Shown piece after piece: positions 16,120-28,395 of a stretch of DNA of 64,000 bases. A program made the translations under genes and the position numbers. Source of the stretch: the human T2T-CHM13v2.0 reference genome, Homo sapiens. Position 1 is the stretch's first letter. Every line of letters starts with the position of its first letter. The notes below the pieces were generated by a model, which saw only the letters and a list, made by a program, of their open reading frames with translations, did not search any database and was not told the DNA's origin. The stretch lies in NCBI RefSeq assembly GCF_009914755.1, contig NC_060944.1, one strand, 5' to 3'.

Positions 16120-16600
16120 GTATATGTTAGTTCTTCATTGCTCTATAACAAATGACCTCAAAATATAGCAGCTTAAAACAACACATTTTCATTATCTGAC
16201 AGCTCCCATGGGCCCGGAATCTGGGTTCAGCTTATCTGGGCCCCCAGGCTCAGGGTCTCTCTCAGGCTGCAGTCAGGAGTCATCGGGGGCCATGGTCATC
16301 CCAAGGCTCCGCTGGGGCAGGATCCACTTCCAAGCAAGATCAGCAGTTGTGGCTGGATTCAGTTCCTCATAGGCTGGGACCGAAGGCCTCAGTTCCCCAC
16401 TGTTTGTGACCAGGAGCTGCCCTGGGTTCTTTCCACGTAGGCAGTGCTGCTGGCTTCATCAGAGGGAGCAAATGAGAAGACTCAGATAAAGAGAGCGCCA
16501 GCAAGATGGAAGTCATTACCTCTTGTAATCTAAGAAGCGAGTCACTAGGTCCAGCCCACAATCAAGGGTAGGGGATCACACAAGGGTGTGGCTACCAGGA
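16120..16600 (-). mobile_element. MLT1 (F/G/H-like) LTR, followed by an Alu right-arm fragment to ~16747
   Basis: attgctctataacaaatgacctcaaaa...gcttaaaacaacac...gagtcactaggtccagcccaca. Confidence 0.7.
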
Positions 16601-16939
16601 GTCCAAGCTACTTGGAAGGCTGAGGTGGGAGGATTGCTTGAGCCCAAAAGACAGAGGTCACAGTGAGCTGTCATTGTTCCACTGCCCTCCAGCCTGGATG
16701 ACAGAGTGAGACCCTGTCTCAAAAAAAAAAAAAGAAAAAGAAAAAAAGCCAGTACCTAGTGATAATAAAAATCAGAGCAATTATTGAAATACTGTTTTAA
16801 AATTCTCTGTAGATAGTGCAACCCCTGAGTGCCAGCACCAGGTGGATCATTCCTACCACCCCCTCCCCTCATCGGGATGCCACCAAGATGCAGCTGAAGG
16901 ACATTTACCAACAGATGCACTCAGGCCTTCAGAGATTGT

Positions 16940-17385
16940 GTTAGACATCTTAGTCCATTTGTCTTGCTACACAGGAATACTTCAGGCTGGCAATTTAGAA
17001 AGAGAAGAGGTTGATTTGGCTCATGGTTCTGATGGTTGGAAAATTCAAGATGGGGCATCTGCCTCTGGTGAGGGCCTCAAGCTGCTTCCGCTCATGGTGG
17101 AAGAGGCAGGGGACCTCATGTGTGCAGGTCACCTGGCGAGAGAGGAAGCGAGAGAGGGGAGGTGCCGGGCTCCTTTTAACAGCCAGCTCTCATGGGAACA
17201 AATGAAGCGAAAAATCACTTACCCCCACCCCCCACCAGGGAGGGCATTCACCTACTCATGAGGGATCCACCCCATAACCCAAACGCCTCTGTTAAGCCCC
17301 ACCTCCAACACTGGGGATGGAATTTCAACATGAGATATGGCAGCGGTTGTGAGGGGAGGGCGATCAGATAAACCAAACTATAGCA
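16940..17385 (-). mobile_element. MST-family solo LTR
   Basis: cttagtccatttg...cccacctccaacactgggga...aaaccaaactatagca. Confidence 0.75.
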
Positions 17386-18184
17386 GCTTCTGTTTGGGTC
17401 CAAGTAGCCATGGAGAATACAGTGGGCCTGATTTTAGGATGGGAGCTTAGGCAGTGTCTCTGCTGACATCTGGAGCTATTACATCTAATGGAAGAGATGC
17501 CAGGTGGAAGCAACAGCTGGACGAAGGCCCTGAGATGCAGGCAGTGTGGCATGTTTGAGAGTGAGAGATCAGGGGGCTGGAGCAGAGGGCAAGATGGGAG
17601 AGTACTGGGAGGTGAGGTAGGAAGGGAGGTGGGCAGTGGAAAGCTTTGGTGGCCATTTAAGGTCTTTGTCTTTCACACTGAGGATCTTGAGCAGAGGAAG
17701 GACCTGATCTAAGATTAGCAGGAACACTCTGTGATGAGGACAGGCAGAAGGGGAAAGGCAGGGAGACCAGCCGAGAGATTACCACATCAGTCCTAGCAGG
17801 AGGTGGTGCTGAAACAAACACCAGACTCAGAAGAGTGCCAGGCCGAGATGGGGTCAGTTTCGGGATAAAATTGAAAGAGGGAACTGATGGGATTTCCTGA
17901 CAGATCGGAGATGGGTGTCAGAGAAGGAAGAGGGCCAAGCATGGTGCTGGACTTCTAGCCTGAGTGACCGGGGTGACGGTGTCCCATGAAATGAAATAAA
18001 CGCTGGGGTGGGATGGTGCTAGGAAGGAGAAATGCAAGAGTTCAGGTTGAAACATGATCAGCTCCAGGTCTCTTTGAGGCCTTTCTCCCTCCCTCTGCAC
18101 CCTGCTGGGATGTCCACTTCACGCGGATGGAGACTTTGCTTAGTCTGTGTTCTTCACTGATGTGGTCCGTGAGCCTTGAACAAC

Positions 18185-18551
18185 GTATTCATCCGTTTTC
18201 TGTTGCTTATAACAGAATACCTGAAACTGGGCATTTTGAAAGGGAATTTCTTTCTCGTTGTAGAGACTGAGAAGTCCCAGGCCGAGGGCCACATCTGATG
18301 AGCGCCTTCTTGCTCACGGGGACTCTGCAGCATCCCCTGGTGGCACAGGACATCGCATGGGGACGGGCTGAGTGCGCTAATGTGCTGTGCTCAGGTCTTT
18401 CTTCCTCTTCTTGTAAAGCCGCCAGTTTCCTTCCCATGATAACCCATTCACCCATTAATCCATGAATGGATTCATCCATTCACGAGGGTAGAGCCCTCAG
18501 GATCCAGAGTCACCACTTAAAGGCATCACCTCTGAACACTGCCACATTGGC
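18185..18551 (-). mobile_element. MST-family LTR (truncated)
   Basis: gttgcttataacagaatacctgaaactggg...cactgccacattgg. Confidence 0.7.
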
Positions 18552-19045
18552 ATGGCAGGCAGGATAAGGGCCCCGTAATGATGTCCATGTTCTAATGCCC
18601 ATCATCTGTGGATGTGTTTCCTTCTACAGCAAAAGGGACTTTGCAGGTGCGATTGCTAATCACCAGTGATTAGAAAGGAAGAGTACCCTGGGTTACCCAG
18701 GTTTGCCCCATGTAATCACAGGAGTCTTTAGAGGCAAAAGAAAGAGATGTGAGAGTTTGTTAGAGAAAGAGGCGTGAGGCTGGAAGTGGAATCAGAGTGA
18801 TGGGATGGCTGGCCCAGCAGATGAGAGCTTGAGTGCTAAGGAATGCGGGCAGCCGTGTCTGTTTCCAAAGAAGCTGGAAAGGATGAGGAAACCTTCTCCC
18901 CCAGAGCCCCCAGAAGGAGCGCAGCCCTCCTGACACCAGGATGCTAGCCCCACGGGACCTACTTTGGACCTTGGACCTCCAGCACTGTGAGGTGATGAAT
19001 TTGTGTTGCTTTATGCCACTAAGTTTGTGCTAATTGTCGCAGAGG
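18552..19045 (+). mobile_element. MLT1D-like LTR
   Basis: ggcaggcaggataagggcccc...gcaaaagggactttgcagg...aatttgtgttg...gccactaagtttgtg. Confidence 0.75.
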
Positions 19046-20149
19046 CCTGCAAGGAGACAGGGCTCAGGAGCGGTGGGTTTCAGCTAGGATGAAAACACGC
19101 AGGCCCTGGGGGGAGGGAAGACTGAGGATGTGGGGGTTTGTTTATGGGGGGCAGTGAGGTGCAGGGGGATGGGCAGCACCATTTCATGGGGCTGTGGGGC
19201 AGAAAGTGGGGTCTGAGCCTCATGGGGGTCAGAGTGAGACGCAGGGGATGAGATGAGAGTGACATAAACAGGGATAAATGGCAAAAGAGACTCGTCCCAG
19301 AGGGGAGGCCGTGAGCCCTGGGAGATGGAAGTCACGGGACCTGGGACCCCCACTGCCCGACTCTCCGAGGAGCCCTGGACCTACTCTGGGCAGTGCTGGT
19401 CTAGGGAACTGGAGACGGGGGGTGGGGTGTCCACAGGGCAGATTTTAGGAGAGCCTGCCCTTGCACCTTCAGATCCTGGAGCCCAGCTCAGGGGCCAAGG
19501 TCTGTGTCGAAGACCCCAGCAGCACACAGAGGGTGCCCTGGCTTATTTGCACCACGGGGAGGATAAATGAGAACGTGGGCTCCTGAACTGCACGGCTGCA
19601 GGTGTATCTGGGGAGGACCAGATGGAGAGGCGCCCAGCCGGAGCGCGTTAGCACCATCTAACATAGCAAGCTACAGGCGTTGGCCGCACCTCGCTCCACT
19701 GCAAACAATCCGTTATTCACCTTGTCAAACAGACTCCCCCGAGAAGCCGGTTTCAGATTGGGCTTGTAAACGGCAGCTGGCTGGCCGGCCCTTCTCTTAC
19801 CTGTCCCCAAGGAGCTGTTGAGCCACAGCAGTGAGCATTTTACAAGCAGGAGGGCCACAGGTGACTGCAGGCTGCCAGAAAGCAGATAACTGGCCTGGCA
19901 GGCTCCAGGATTCTAGGGAATTATGGTCTTTGGCTTTCTGTAGCAAAGGGAACTGGCTCTGTCTAGAAGACAGGCTGGAATACACTGCTGTGTAATTAGA
20001 GATGAATAAACCGAGCCATGTGGGGCAGGAGGAAAGTCTCCCTTGAGTCAGTTGTTTGGTTTATAAAATGTGTTAAATATTAGGAAATGATTAATTTTCC
20101 ATACATGCCAGATGAGCCCATTGTTCTCCATGCACAGGAAAAGGCATGT

Positions 20150-21030
20150 TTGCTCATTTAACACCCGGTTCCTGGGGGCCTACCATACCACATGCCAGGG
20201 TGGTAGAGAGATGGCATTGAGCAAATCAAGACAATCGTCGCCGCCATGGAATTTACAGGGGCAAGAGACAGGCAGCAAACATGCACATGGCCATCCAAAC
20301 AGCGTTTTTGACATGCCAGGCTGAGTGCATGTGTGGGTGGGGCATGGGGTAGGTCCCACATGACAGCGGTCACTGAAGTCCTCTGAGGACAAGAATTTGA
20401 TTGGAAAATTGAAGAATGAGGAAGAGCCAGTCCACGAAACTCGGGGGTCAAAGCGTTTCAAGTTTTAGGAGGAGACAGAGAGAGAGGTGGGGAATGGTGT
20501 GGTCTGGGCAAGGAACAGAAAAGAGACCTGGAGGCTGGAGAACTTGGGGCCGAGGAAGATGGCTGAGCCTCTTGCCTGAAATTCGGATCATCCTGAACGC
20601 AAAGGGAAGCGGTGGAGGGCTTTAAACAGGGCTGTGATGGGATCTGAGGCTGCTTTAACCTCGATCTGGCTGCTGTGTGGACGGGGAGGTCGGGAGTACA
20701 CCAGCAAAGGGCTGTTGTGTCATCCAGGTAGGAGATGAGGGTGTTCTGGTGAGCATGAGGCATAGAGGTGGGATGATTTCAGAAGGGACCCAGCAGGACT
20801 TGCTGATATGTGGGCAGTGGGGACAGTGAAGGATCCGGGGTTATTCCCAGGGTTTTGACTAAGCGACTGTGTAGATGGTGTTGCCATAAACTGATGAGTA
20901 AGATGGGTGTGTGTTGGGAGAAGGGAGGAAGAGGAGATTGGGAATCAGGAAATTTTGGGGCATGTTGAACTCAAAATGCCTCCTGGCTACCAAAGAGAAG
21001 AAGGCACATAGATGGGGAGGTCATACAGGA
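20150..21030 (-). mobile_element. L2 fragment
   Basis: Degenerate L2 3' region, purine-rich on the + strand. Confidence 0.55.
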
Positions 21031-23514
21031 GTCTGGCACGTGTGTATGTGAAGGTGTAAATACAACCCTCTCCACGGTTGTCCTGTGAATGCTTTTTTCT
21101 CATGGTATTAAGGGCAGAGGGTTCTGAATCAAATATCCTCTGACACTTTGCACAGCAGCAGAAACTGTTGGCAACGTGTTTTCAAGGAGTTTTGTCAGTA
21201 TTTCATAGAAGGATGAAGTGTCCCCATTTCAACAAAAAATTTAGGGATCACTGATGTAAAAAGTATAGCCCCTGGAAATCAGAGTGAATTGTCACTGTAC
21301 TTCCTGTCTCGAGTCCAGCGCAATGTTTCAGAGCTTGAAGTTTTTCGTAAATCAGGGATTCCTAGAGGGCCTGGGACACGGCAGATATACAGCAGGGGGT
21401 TTTGTTTCTTTGATAACTCCTCATCGGGCCATTTACAAAGCTCAACTTCTGAATTTTACCAGGAGGGCAGGGCAAGAGGTGGTTTAGAGTGAGAAGCCCT
21501 TTTTGGAGAAAGTTTGGTCTGACCTTGTCCATCTTTGTACCACAAAATGTCATGAGGTTTATAGCAAGTGTGTCCCCTATACCCCATCACAGCTACTGGG
21601 GATCCACAGACAAAAGAAATGACTTCACTTTCATTTCTTAAAGGTCCTTGTGGTTCTGTGCCTCTGTCCTCAGCGTTATTTTATACTCAACCTGGTCCTA
21701 CCAGGAACCCAGTTTCCTCCCAATGTATGAACATGAAGAGGCTGAGTAGGAGTCAGCATTTGTTTTCTCCTGTCAATCTTACCACTTCTTAAATTCCAAC
21801 TTGGCACGAAACCACTGTTCTGTTTCTGCTCCTTTGTACGAAACTACCCCATGCTGTTGGATACAGCAAGGAACAATGTTCAGATTTGCAAACTCCTGGC
21901 AAAGTGACCCCAAGATGCTCCAATACGAACTTCCTTGTTATCTCAGGTTTTGAAAATTGGATAAACTCAAGTTTCTGGCTTTAATGATCTATTTAGAAAA
22001 ATTTAAATCCCATAGTCAGAGCTCTAAATGTTTTCTTCCAGATATTAGTCAAATGAGGTCTCAAGATGAGCTCAAGGCTCCATGATATGCCTTAGGTGAA
22101 TCTGAAATCTGTTTGTTAAATGACGGGACAGTGGATCGATAGGTAATATTGATTAAACATGCAGCACCTGTGAGGTGGGGACTAGAGAACTCATTTTATA
22201 TCTGGGGAAACTGAGGCACAGGCCAAATTTGTGTTTATTAAGTGTGGCTTAAATATAAATGTAGAACACAGACTTGTTTTTTGTTTTTTGTTTTTTCTTT
22301 TTTAAAAATGACTGTATAGTTTTAGCCTTGTCCTCTGCTTAAGTGATTTTGACTTTCGATTCAGGAGAAGTGGTGTAAGGTTTTCAGAAAGTGAGTTAAA
22401 GCAAAACAGTTGGCCGCAGCGGCAGCAATCATCTTAGTGGGGCACAGTTGCCTCTTAGGTGTAGCCCTGGGCAGATATTTTTTGTGGGGCTCCTGTCTGC
22501 ATGTGCAATTTGAGCCATTCCTAAATCAGCACCATTCTGGTGATTCAGTCTCACACCATCCCACAAAAATCACAATGAAAATACTGCACCAGCCATCAGG
22601 AGCAATCTGCTCACCAGGGTGCTCTTCTGGAAGCTGGCCTGGACCCTGTAGGTGCAGGTTCTAGAGCTCTTTGGGGCATCTGAAGGGGAGAAATGGGAGC
22701 CAGCTAGTCCCAGCCACCAGAGGGAGACTAAGGCTATTTCAAGATAGACACTTCCAGCAGCCAGGACCCATGCAGGTCCCTGTCTGAGCTTGGGACCCCT
22801 GCCCATTTGGTAGTGCTGGTTACACGCACTGGAATGGGGGGCTAGAAAATTCCCAGGAAGACATTCCAAGTGCAGGGCTATGGTGGGGTGAAGTGGGTCC
22901 CTAAAACACAGGGCCGGGGGCAGGTATCCCGTTTCCCTGGGGTTAAAGGGTGGGAGGAGGTTCGAACCATATTAAGACATTAAAAATAGCAGCTACTTCC
23001 AAACCTCTTAGGTGCTTTAGCTACAGGAGGGCAAAAGCTGTTTTAAGGAGGAACTTGGCTAGAAGGTTCTAGTACTTATGTTTGTGGGTTTGAAGGTATA
23101 AGGTGCATTTTTTTTCTTTAGCCTTGATATTTTGCAAGATGCTCAAATAAAAATGATGGCTTTTGCCTTCCAAGTGGCTGGCTTAGCCCAGTTGACCATG
23201 AATGCTTTGGGACCCTTGGAAAGCTGGTCTAAGGTGGGCATCATAAATCTCTTTTATGAATGCTACCTCAAAAGTAGTCTAAAGGCACAGATTACAGCAG
23301 AGCTGTGCTGGAGAGAATCAGACAAATTCAGGTTGACCATGTGGCTTTGTCACCTCCGACAAGTGGCTTCTGAGCCTGAGTCACAAGCACGGTGGGACTG
23401 TACCTACCTCCTAGGGCTGAGACGAGGAGTAAATGCACACACTTATGTACACACACAAAATGTTCCTTGCTGAGGGAGCCCGAAATGTAAAGGGAATATT
23501 TGAGTAGCCTCTCT

Positions 23515-23623
23515 GGAAAAGAAAGATACACCAAAGTAGATGTTGCTTCCAACTGTTTTATTGCTAAACTATCATGATACAAGCCGTATAAAAATACTTT
23601 ACATATAGGAAAAATAAACTACA
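23515..23623 (-). terminator. Cleavage/polyadenylation site of NFATC2
   Basis: AATAAA at 23562-23557; CA at 23542-23541, 15 nt downstream; GU/U-rich downstream element CTTTGGTGTATCTTTCTTTT; three upstream UGUA (CFIm) motifs at 23578, 23600 and 23620. Confidence 0.88.
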
Positions 23624-26600
23624 TTAAACTGGAGATTAAAAACATTTGCATAGGAATGTGATGTATTCAAACGCCTTTAACAGTCAGGATTTTCTAAACC
23701 TAAGCCTGCCAGCACCACCATGTTGGAGAGACCTGTTTGTTGGAGAATTGGTTTTCTCTCCTCTGAGGGCTGTAGAGGCCAAGAGGGGTGAGTGAGGTTC
23801 TTTGACAAGATGTCCAGGATGCTAAGCTTGTCCCAACAGCCATAGCCTCGGTCTGCTCAGGCCAATCAGAATGCTGTGAGCACCTGCTCTAATGGAAACA
23901 ACATCATTTGCATCCATTCCATTCAAAGCTTGAACTCAGCAGGGAGTTTATTCTGGTCAGCCAACAGCTGCATAAAGGTAGAATGTTAATAACCCTTTCA
24001 CTTCCAGCTCCCAGGACCCTGATGGCTCAGGGAGCAACTCTCTGTTATCAACCACCAGAAAAGTTTGTTTTTAAACAGACTGAGTTAAACAGTGATGTTG
24101 GCTGTAAGTCAAGGCACTCACAAAAGCTGAGGGAAATGGATGTTTATGATCACAATTTTATAGGATGCTGCTTTTTCTTAAGCATTTAATTGGAATGCAG
24201 GAAAATACTTGCTATGCAATTGGCTGCTTTGGTTCCACGAAACGTAATGCCCTAGCCTCGAGCCTAGGAGACCCAAGGTTAAGATGCGCTGGGTCACCGA
24301 GCACCTTGCCTCCGGGAAACAAGTTCGGGAAAGGTTAGCCCAGCTTGTCAAGAACGTCACAACTCCATCCATGCCTCTTGTAAACTTGAAATGAAAACAT
24401 TCTTTCAATTCTGAGCAATAGAAAGCACTTGGAAAGGTCTTTTTTTTTTTTTTTTTTTTTGACATGATAAATTCAGCCTCACTGTAGTCCAGAGTGAGAA
24501 TTAGAACATACCAACTTCCAATCTGCCTAAATGTGACAGCCTCTGCCCAAGACTGGCTCACTGAGGCGTCTTGGCTACTGGATGTAAACAAAAAATGCAA
24601 TATCCGTGCCTCCCAGTTCTTTGAAGGAATCAATTCATCCTTGGTTATATCTATGCTGGAAAACTGTGGGTGTCCTTTGGATAAAGCATACAGGAGTTAC
24701 CTACCAGGATTTAGATTTGGTCCCTTCTGTAAATATTAGCCTGAACGTTGAGTTCTGTGAACATGAATTCTTTTCGAATTCCATTACAATGCAGGCAGGG
24801 TTTTGGTGTCAATTTTTTAAAATCAAAATCACCTACTAAATTAGTTATTTTGGGGGGAGGATCTAGACACTTGATGATTCTCAGTGACCAGATCCAGGCT
24901 CAGGGCTGAAGTCAGCATAATTCTTGAGCAAGAAAAAGGTGATTCCTTCTTCCACAAAGCCATTCCTTCTCCTGAGATGCCATCTTCTAGAGAGGTGACT
25001 AACAGGCTCTGAGTGGGGGTTTTATTATATGGGTTTTTGTTTCCTGGAATGAGTAACAAATGTTTCAAGAATACATCATTTCTCTTAAGAAAAAAAAAAT
25101 CAACCTATGTGTAAAAAGAGACATTTAAAAAGATTTCTGACCATTTATAAATATAAATCTAATTCCAACAGGGGTGTAATATTTTGAGGACAGGTAAAAA
25201 GCATAAAAATACAGGTAAGAAAATAAAATTTAATAACATACTAATCTGGATTGCTATACATATTATCAAGCAGCAGCATCTTTGTACAATACAGGAAGAC
25301 TTGCAAACTTTGGAAATATACTACATTCAGCAACACGGTAGACCTGTCAGAGTGCTACATATTTACATTAACTTAGATGTAGCAGTGCAAACCTTCACTC
25401 AACTGAGATCCTTCTAACACACGTGCAACACACCCATCTTTACCATTTAGACACCCCTACTTTCTCATTCTCTTAGAGGATCTTATTGCCTCTTCCCGTA
25501 CTGGAAATATTTCATGAGCCATCCTTCTTGGCAAAATTTCCTCCTAGCATTTGTAACTGACAAAACTTCCTTGATAGCTGTCAGTTCCTAATACACTTTC
25601 TCTTGCCTGTTTATGTCTCAAATCTAATGCTTTTGTTTCTCTTTCCTTTGCGATTTGTTACAGTTGTTTATGAAAGTGCTTCCTATAATATCCAGCTAAG
25701 ATGTCTTAGAAAAACAGAGGGGTTTATTTGTGTGTGTATTACACACACACACGCGTACAGGAGGTTGAGCTACCAGGAGGCCCTTTTTGCTAACATAGTT
25801 AGAAAACTGATGGAAAATGCATTAGTCCTTTTTCACCCTGTGGACAAGGAAGCTGAGCTACTTTGCTACAATAGCAGGAAGGCACTTGGGTAAAACATTC
25901 AGATAACTGAGGAAAGCCCAAATTCCCTCATGTACAAAAAACAGCTCCTAGCCAGTCCTAGCCAGGTCGAGTGAGAACAAATCACTCACCACACACTCTT
26001 GGCTTTTCCCCAGTGAAGTCAATATTGCTGGAGAGAAAATTCTTTAGGTGAAGCTGCTAGTATAAGGAACTTATAATAAGGAACTTATTTTGTTCATGAG
26101 GAAGTATTTAGCATCCCAGAAGTTCCATGGTAGGGGTCAACCTCTTACTGGCATTCTGTTTATTTAAAAGAGAATTTTGCTAAACTCTTTGAGCTTAGGG
26201 TGGGTGAGGGAAAGGTCGTTCATTGTCAGGGAAAAATAAATGCTAGGTATCGACCGACAGGTTGCATACAAGTGCACAGGCCCGAATCTGAGCATTTTGC
26301 CTTCTATCTGGAGTGCCAAACACACCTGGCCCCACTCCCAGGAAGCTTTTACCTCTGGGTAACCTTGACGGGAGAGCCAGGACTTACAAAGCCCACAGTG
26401 GGCACTGAGTGGCCATGACTTTCTTCTGAGGCCTTCTGCCTACAGACTGTACAGACTGGACTGAGAAAACACTCTAAGTACAGTCTGAGTGCTAAGAATA
26501 TTTTCACTTTGCTGCGGATTATTGAGGAAACAACTGAATGGCTGAAAAATGAATCCCCCGCTTGTCCTGGGGTATCTGCAGTACATGCAAACAGAAACAA

Positions 26601-27981
26601 ACACATCTGCCAAGAACTTCAAGGGTTTTGTTTGTAAAAATCACAAAAATCACACCCACAGAGGAAGACTAGGGGAGACTGTGGGTGCGCTCAGTGGAAA
26701 CAGTTGGGAGGAAGGAAATCACATATAACATGCAACCGAATAGAGCTCATTCAAAGTAAAGGATGCATTCGAGTAGATTTCTTCATGTTAGAATTTGAGT
26801 GCGGATAGGTCTTCAGGGGCAGAAGGGATCTTTAAATAGGTTCAGGTCAAATTAACCAGTGAAGCTGGGAAGCACATCCTGAGCTCGGCTGTCCCACTTA
26901 GAGGGAATTCAGCCCTTTTCCTCTATCTTGGTAGAAACCCACCTCCAGAAGCACTTGGGCTGTTTTACTTAACAAAAATACCCACACTTCTTTTCTTGGT
27001 TGCTTTAGCCCTTCTGCTATTCCTCAATTAAATGCACATGCTTGAGATTCTCCACCGCTTTACGGAAAAGCACTCTGGCTGCTAGGAAGAAAGCAAGCCG
27101 GAACCTTGCAAAGCATCCAGGTTGTACAGCTGCAGCAGACAGGTGCTTGCTCTCTGCAGCCTGGGTCAGCCCCCCAAGTCTATGGAAATTGTGTTAGCAG
27201 GACTGCGTGCTGCAGGGGTTAAAGAACAGCTCGCCAAGACAGCTCCAGGGCTAGGTGCCCTGGCCAGCCTTTTAAAGCAGAAAAAATAATAATAACAAAC
27301 GCGTATACATGTCATAACTTAACGCCAAGAAGTCTTAACAGGTGATCTTGTCTGGGCAAGACAGTTTGGTTTTGGAATGAGAATTCAAAAATAAAGCTTT
27401 AGCTGTGGCCCAGTTGTGGCATGGACTGGGCGAGCTCTAAGGACTGACAGTTCAGTTTCTGTCTCTATCGAGGGTTTTGGGTTTCTTCAGCCTGTAAGCT
27501 GGGCTCTTGGGTCACGTTCCTTTGGTTGCTCTGAGAACTCCTTGCCTTCAAAAGGTACAGGAGCTGTATCTGTGACCTGGAAAAACGAACGCAAGGGCTG
27601 GGGTTTAATCACAGTGCCCACATCTTCTGTCCCCCGTCCATCCCCCCAAGCTCCAGTCACTCTGTTCTCAGGAGAGTTCCAGTGTCCTGTCTCATGTAGA
27701 ATGTGCTTTTGGTCAGCAGGTGCTTACTATTTGGACGGAACACCATTAAGATCAACCAGGATGCTCTCTGGGATTTAAAACATAAACCGAAAAGAAGAGT
27801 TCTCTCTGGTGTTTAGAGGGAGGTGGCGAGCTCCTTAAGTGAGAGTCCGCTTAGTGCCCATACATTGATCCGCGTGTGGACTCCGGGCTGGGAGATGAAC
27901 ATGAAAGGAGACAGAAGGTGAGGGGCTGTGGAGGGCTCCGAGGGGTCAGATACAGAAGGTGTCTTGCTATAATGGCTTCTT
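23541..27981 (-). other. NFATC2: NFATC2 long 3' UTR (~4.4 kb)
   Basis: Runs from the TAA stop to the canonical poly(A) site. No recognisable SINE/LINE/LTR. U-rich on the sense strand with many miRNA seed matches. Confidence 0.85.
27732..27739 (-). promoter_or_regulatory. miR-184 8mer seed site in proximal 3' UTR
   Basis: Sense strand TCCGTCCA is complementary to the miR-184 seed. miR-184 repression of NFAT1 in cord-blood CD4 T cells is established; that this is the exact site is my inference. Confidence 0.7.
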
Positions 27982-28037
27982 TTACGTCTGATTTCTGGCA
28001 GGAGGTCCTGAAAACTCCTTCCTGATAATTTCATTAA
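27982..28037 (-). CDS. NFATC2: NFATC2 terminal exon, coding part (C-terminus used when the cassette exon is skipped)
   Basis: Minus strand reads ccccctcctcttttcttttgtag|TT AAT GAA ATT ATC AGG AAG GAG TTT TCA GGA CCT CCT GCC AGA AAT CAG ACG TAA = (V)[17 protein letters not shown]. This is the recognised NFAT1/NFATC2 isoform C tail that follows ...YLDD. Strong polypyrimidine tract and a phase-1 acceptor. Confidence 0.97.
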
Positions 28038-28142
28038 CTACAAAAGAAAAGAGGAGGGGGGGGGGAGAGAGAATGGGGCAAGTGAGAGGGCACCGAAAAC
28101 ATGCATCAGGTTCACTTTCTAGAACCTCTATTGGGCTATTGA

Positions 28143-28395
28143 TTTTTGAGACAAGGTCTTGCTCTGTCACCCAGGCTGGAGTGCAATGGCATGATCATGG
28201 CTCCTTGCAGCCTCAGCCTCCCGAGTAGCTGGGACTACAGGTGCACGCCACCACACCTGACTACATTTTTAAATTTTTAGTAGGGACAGGGTCTCACTCT
28301 GTTGCCCAGGCTGGTCTCAAACTCCTGAGCTCAGGCAATCCTCCCACCTGAGCCTCCCAAAGTGTTGGGATTACAGGCATGAACCATTCTGCCCA
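28143..28395 (-). mobile_element. AluJ (internally deleted), about 105 nt upstream of the terminal-exon acceptor
   Basis: Reverse Alu with ctcctgagctcaggcaatcctccc. Confidence 0.9.

Noticed and set aside
22234-22239. More distal AATAAA as an extended NFATC2 3' end
   Set aside because: Sits next to a MIR and lacks a good GU/U-rich downstream element, while the 23557 site has every canonical element.
22880-22960. G-rich Pol II pause/terminator element downstream of the poly(A) site
   Set aside because: The G-runs are on the + strand, so the NFATC2 nascent RNA is C-rich here, which is the wrong polarity.
27982-28170. 62-aa ORF treated as a stand-alone CDS
   Set aside because: Only 27982-28037 is real. 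The upstream part is intron and Alu sequence read through the splice acceptor.
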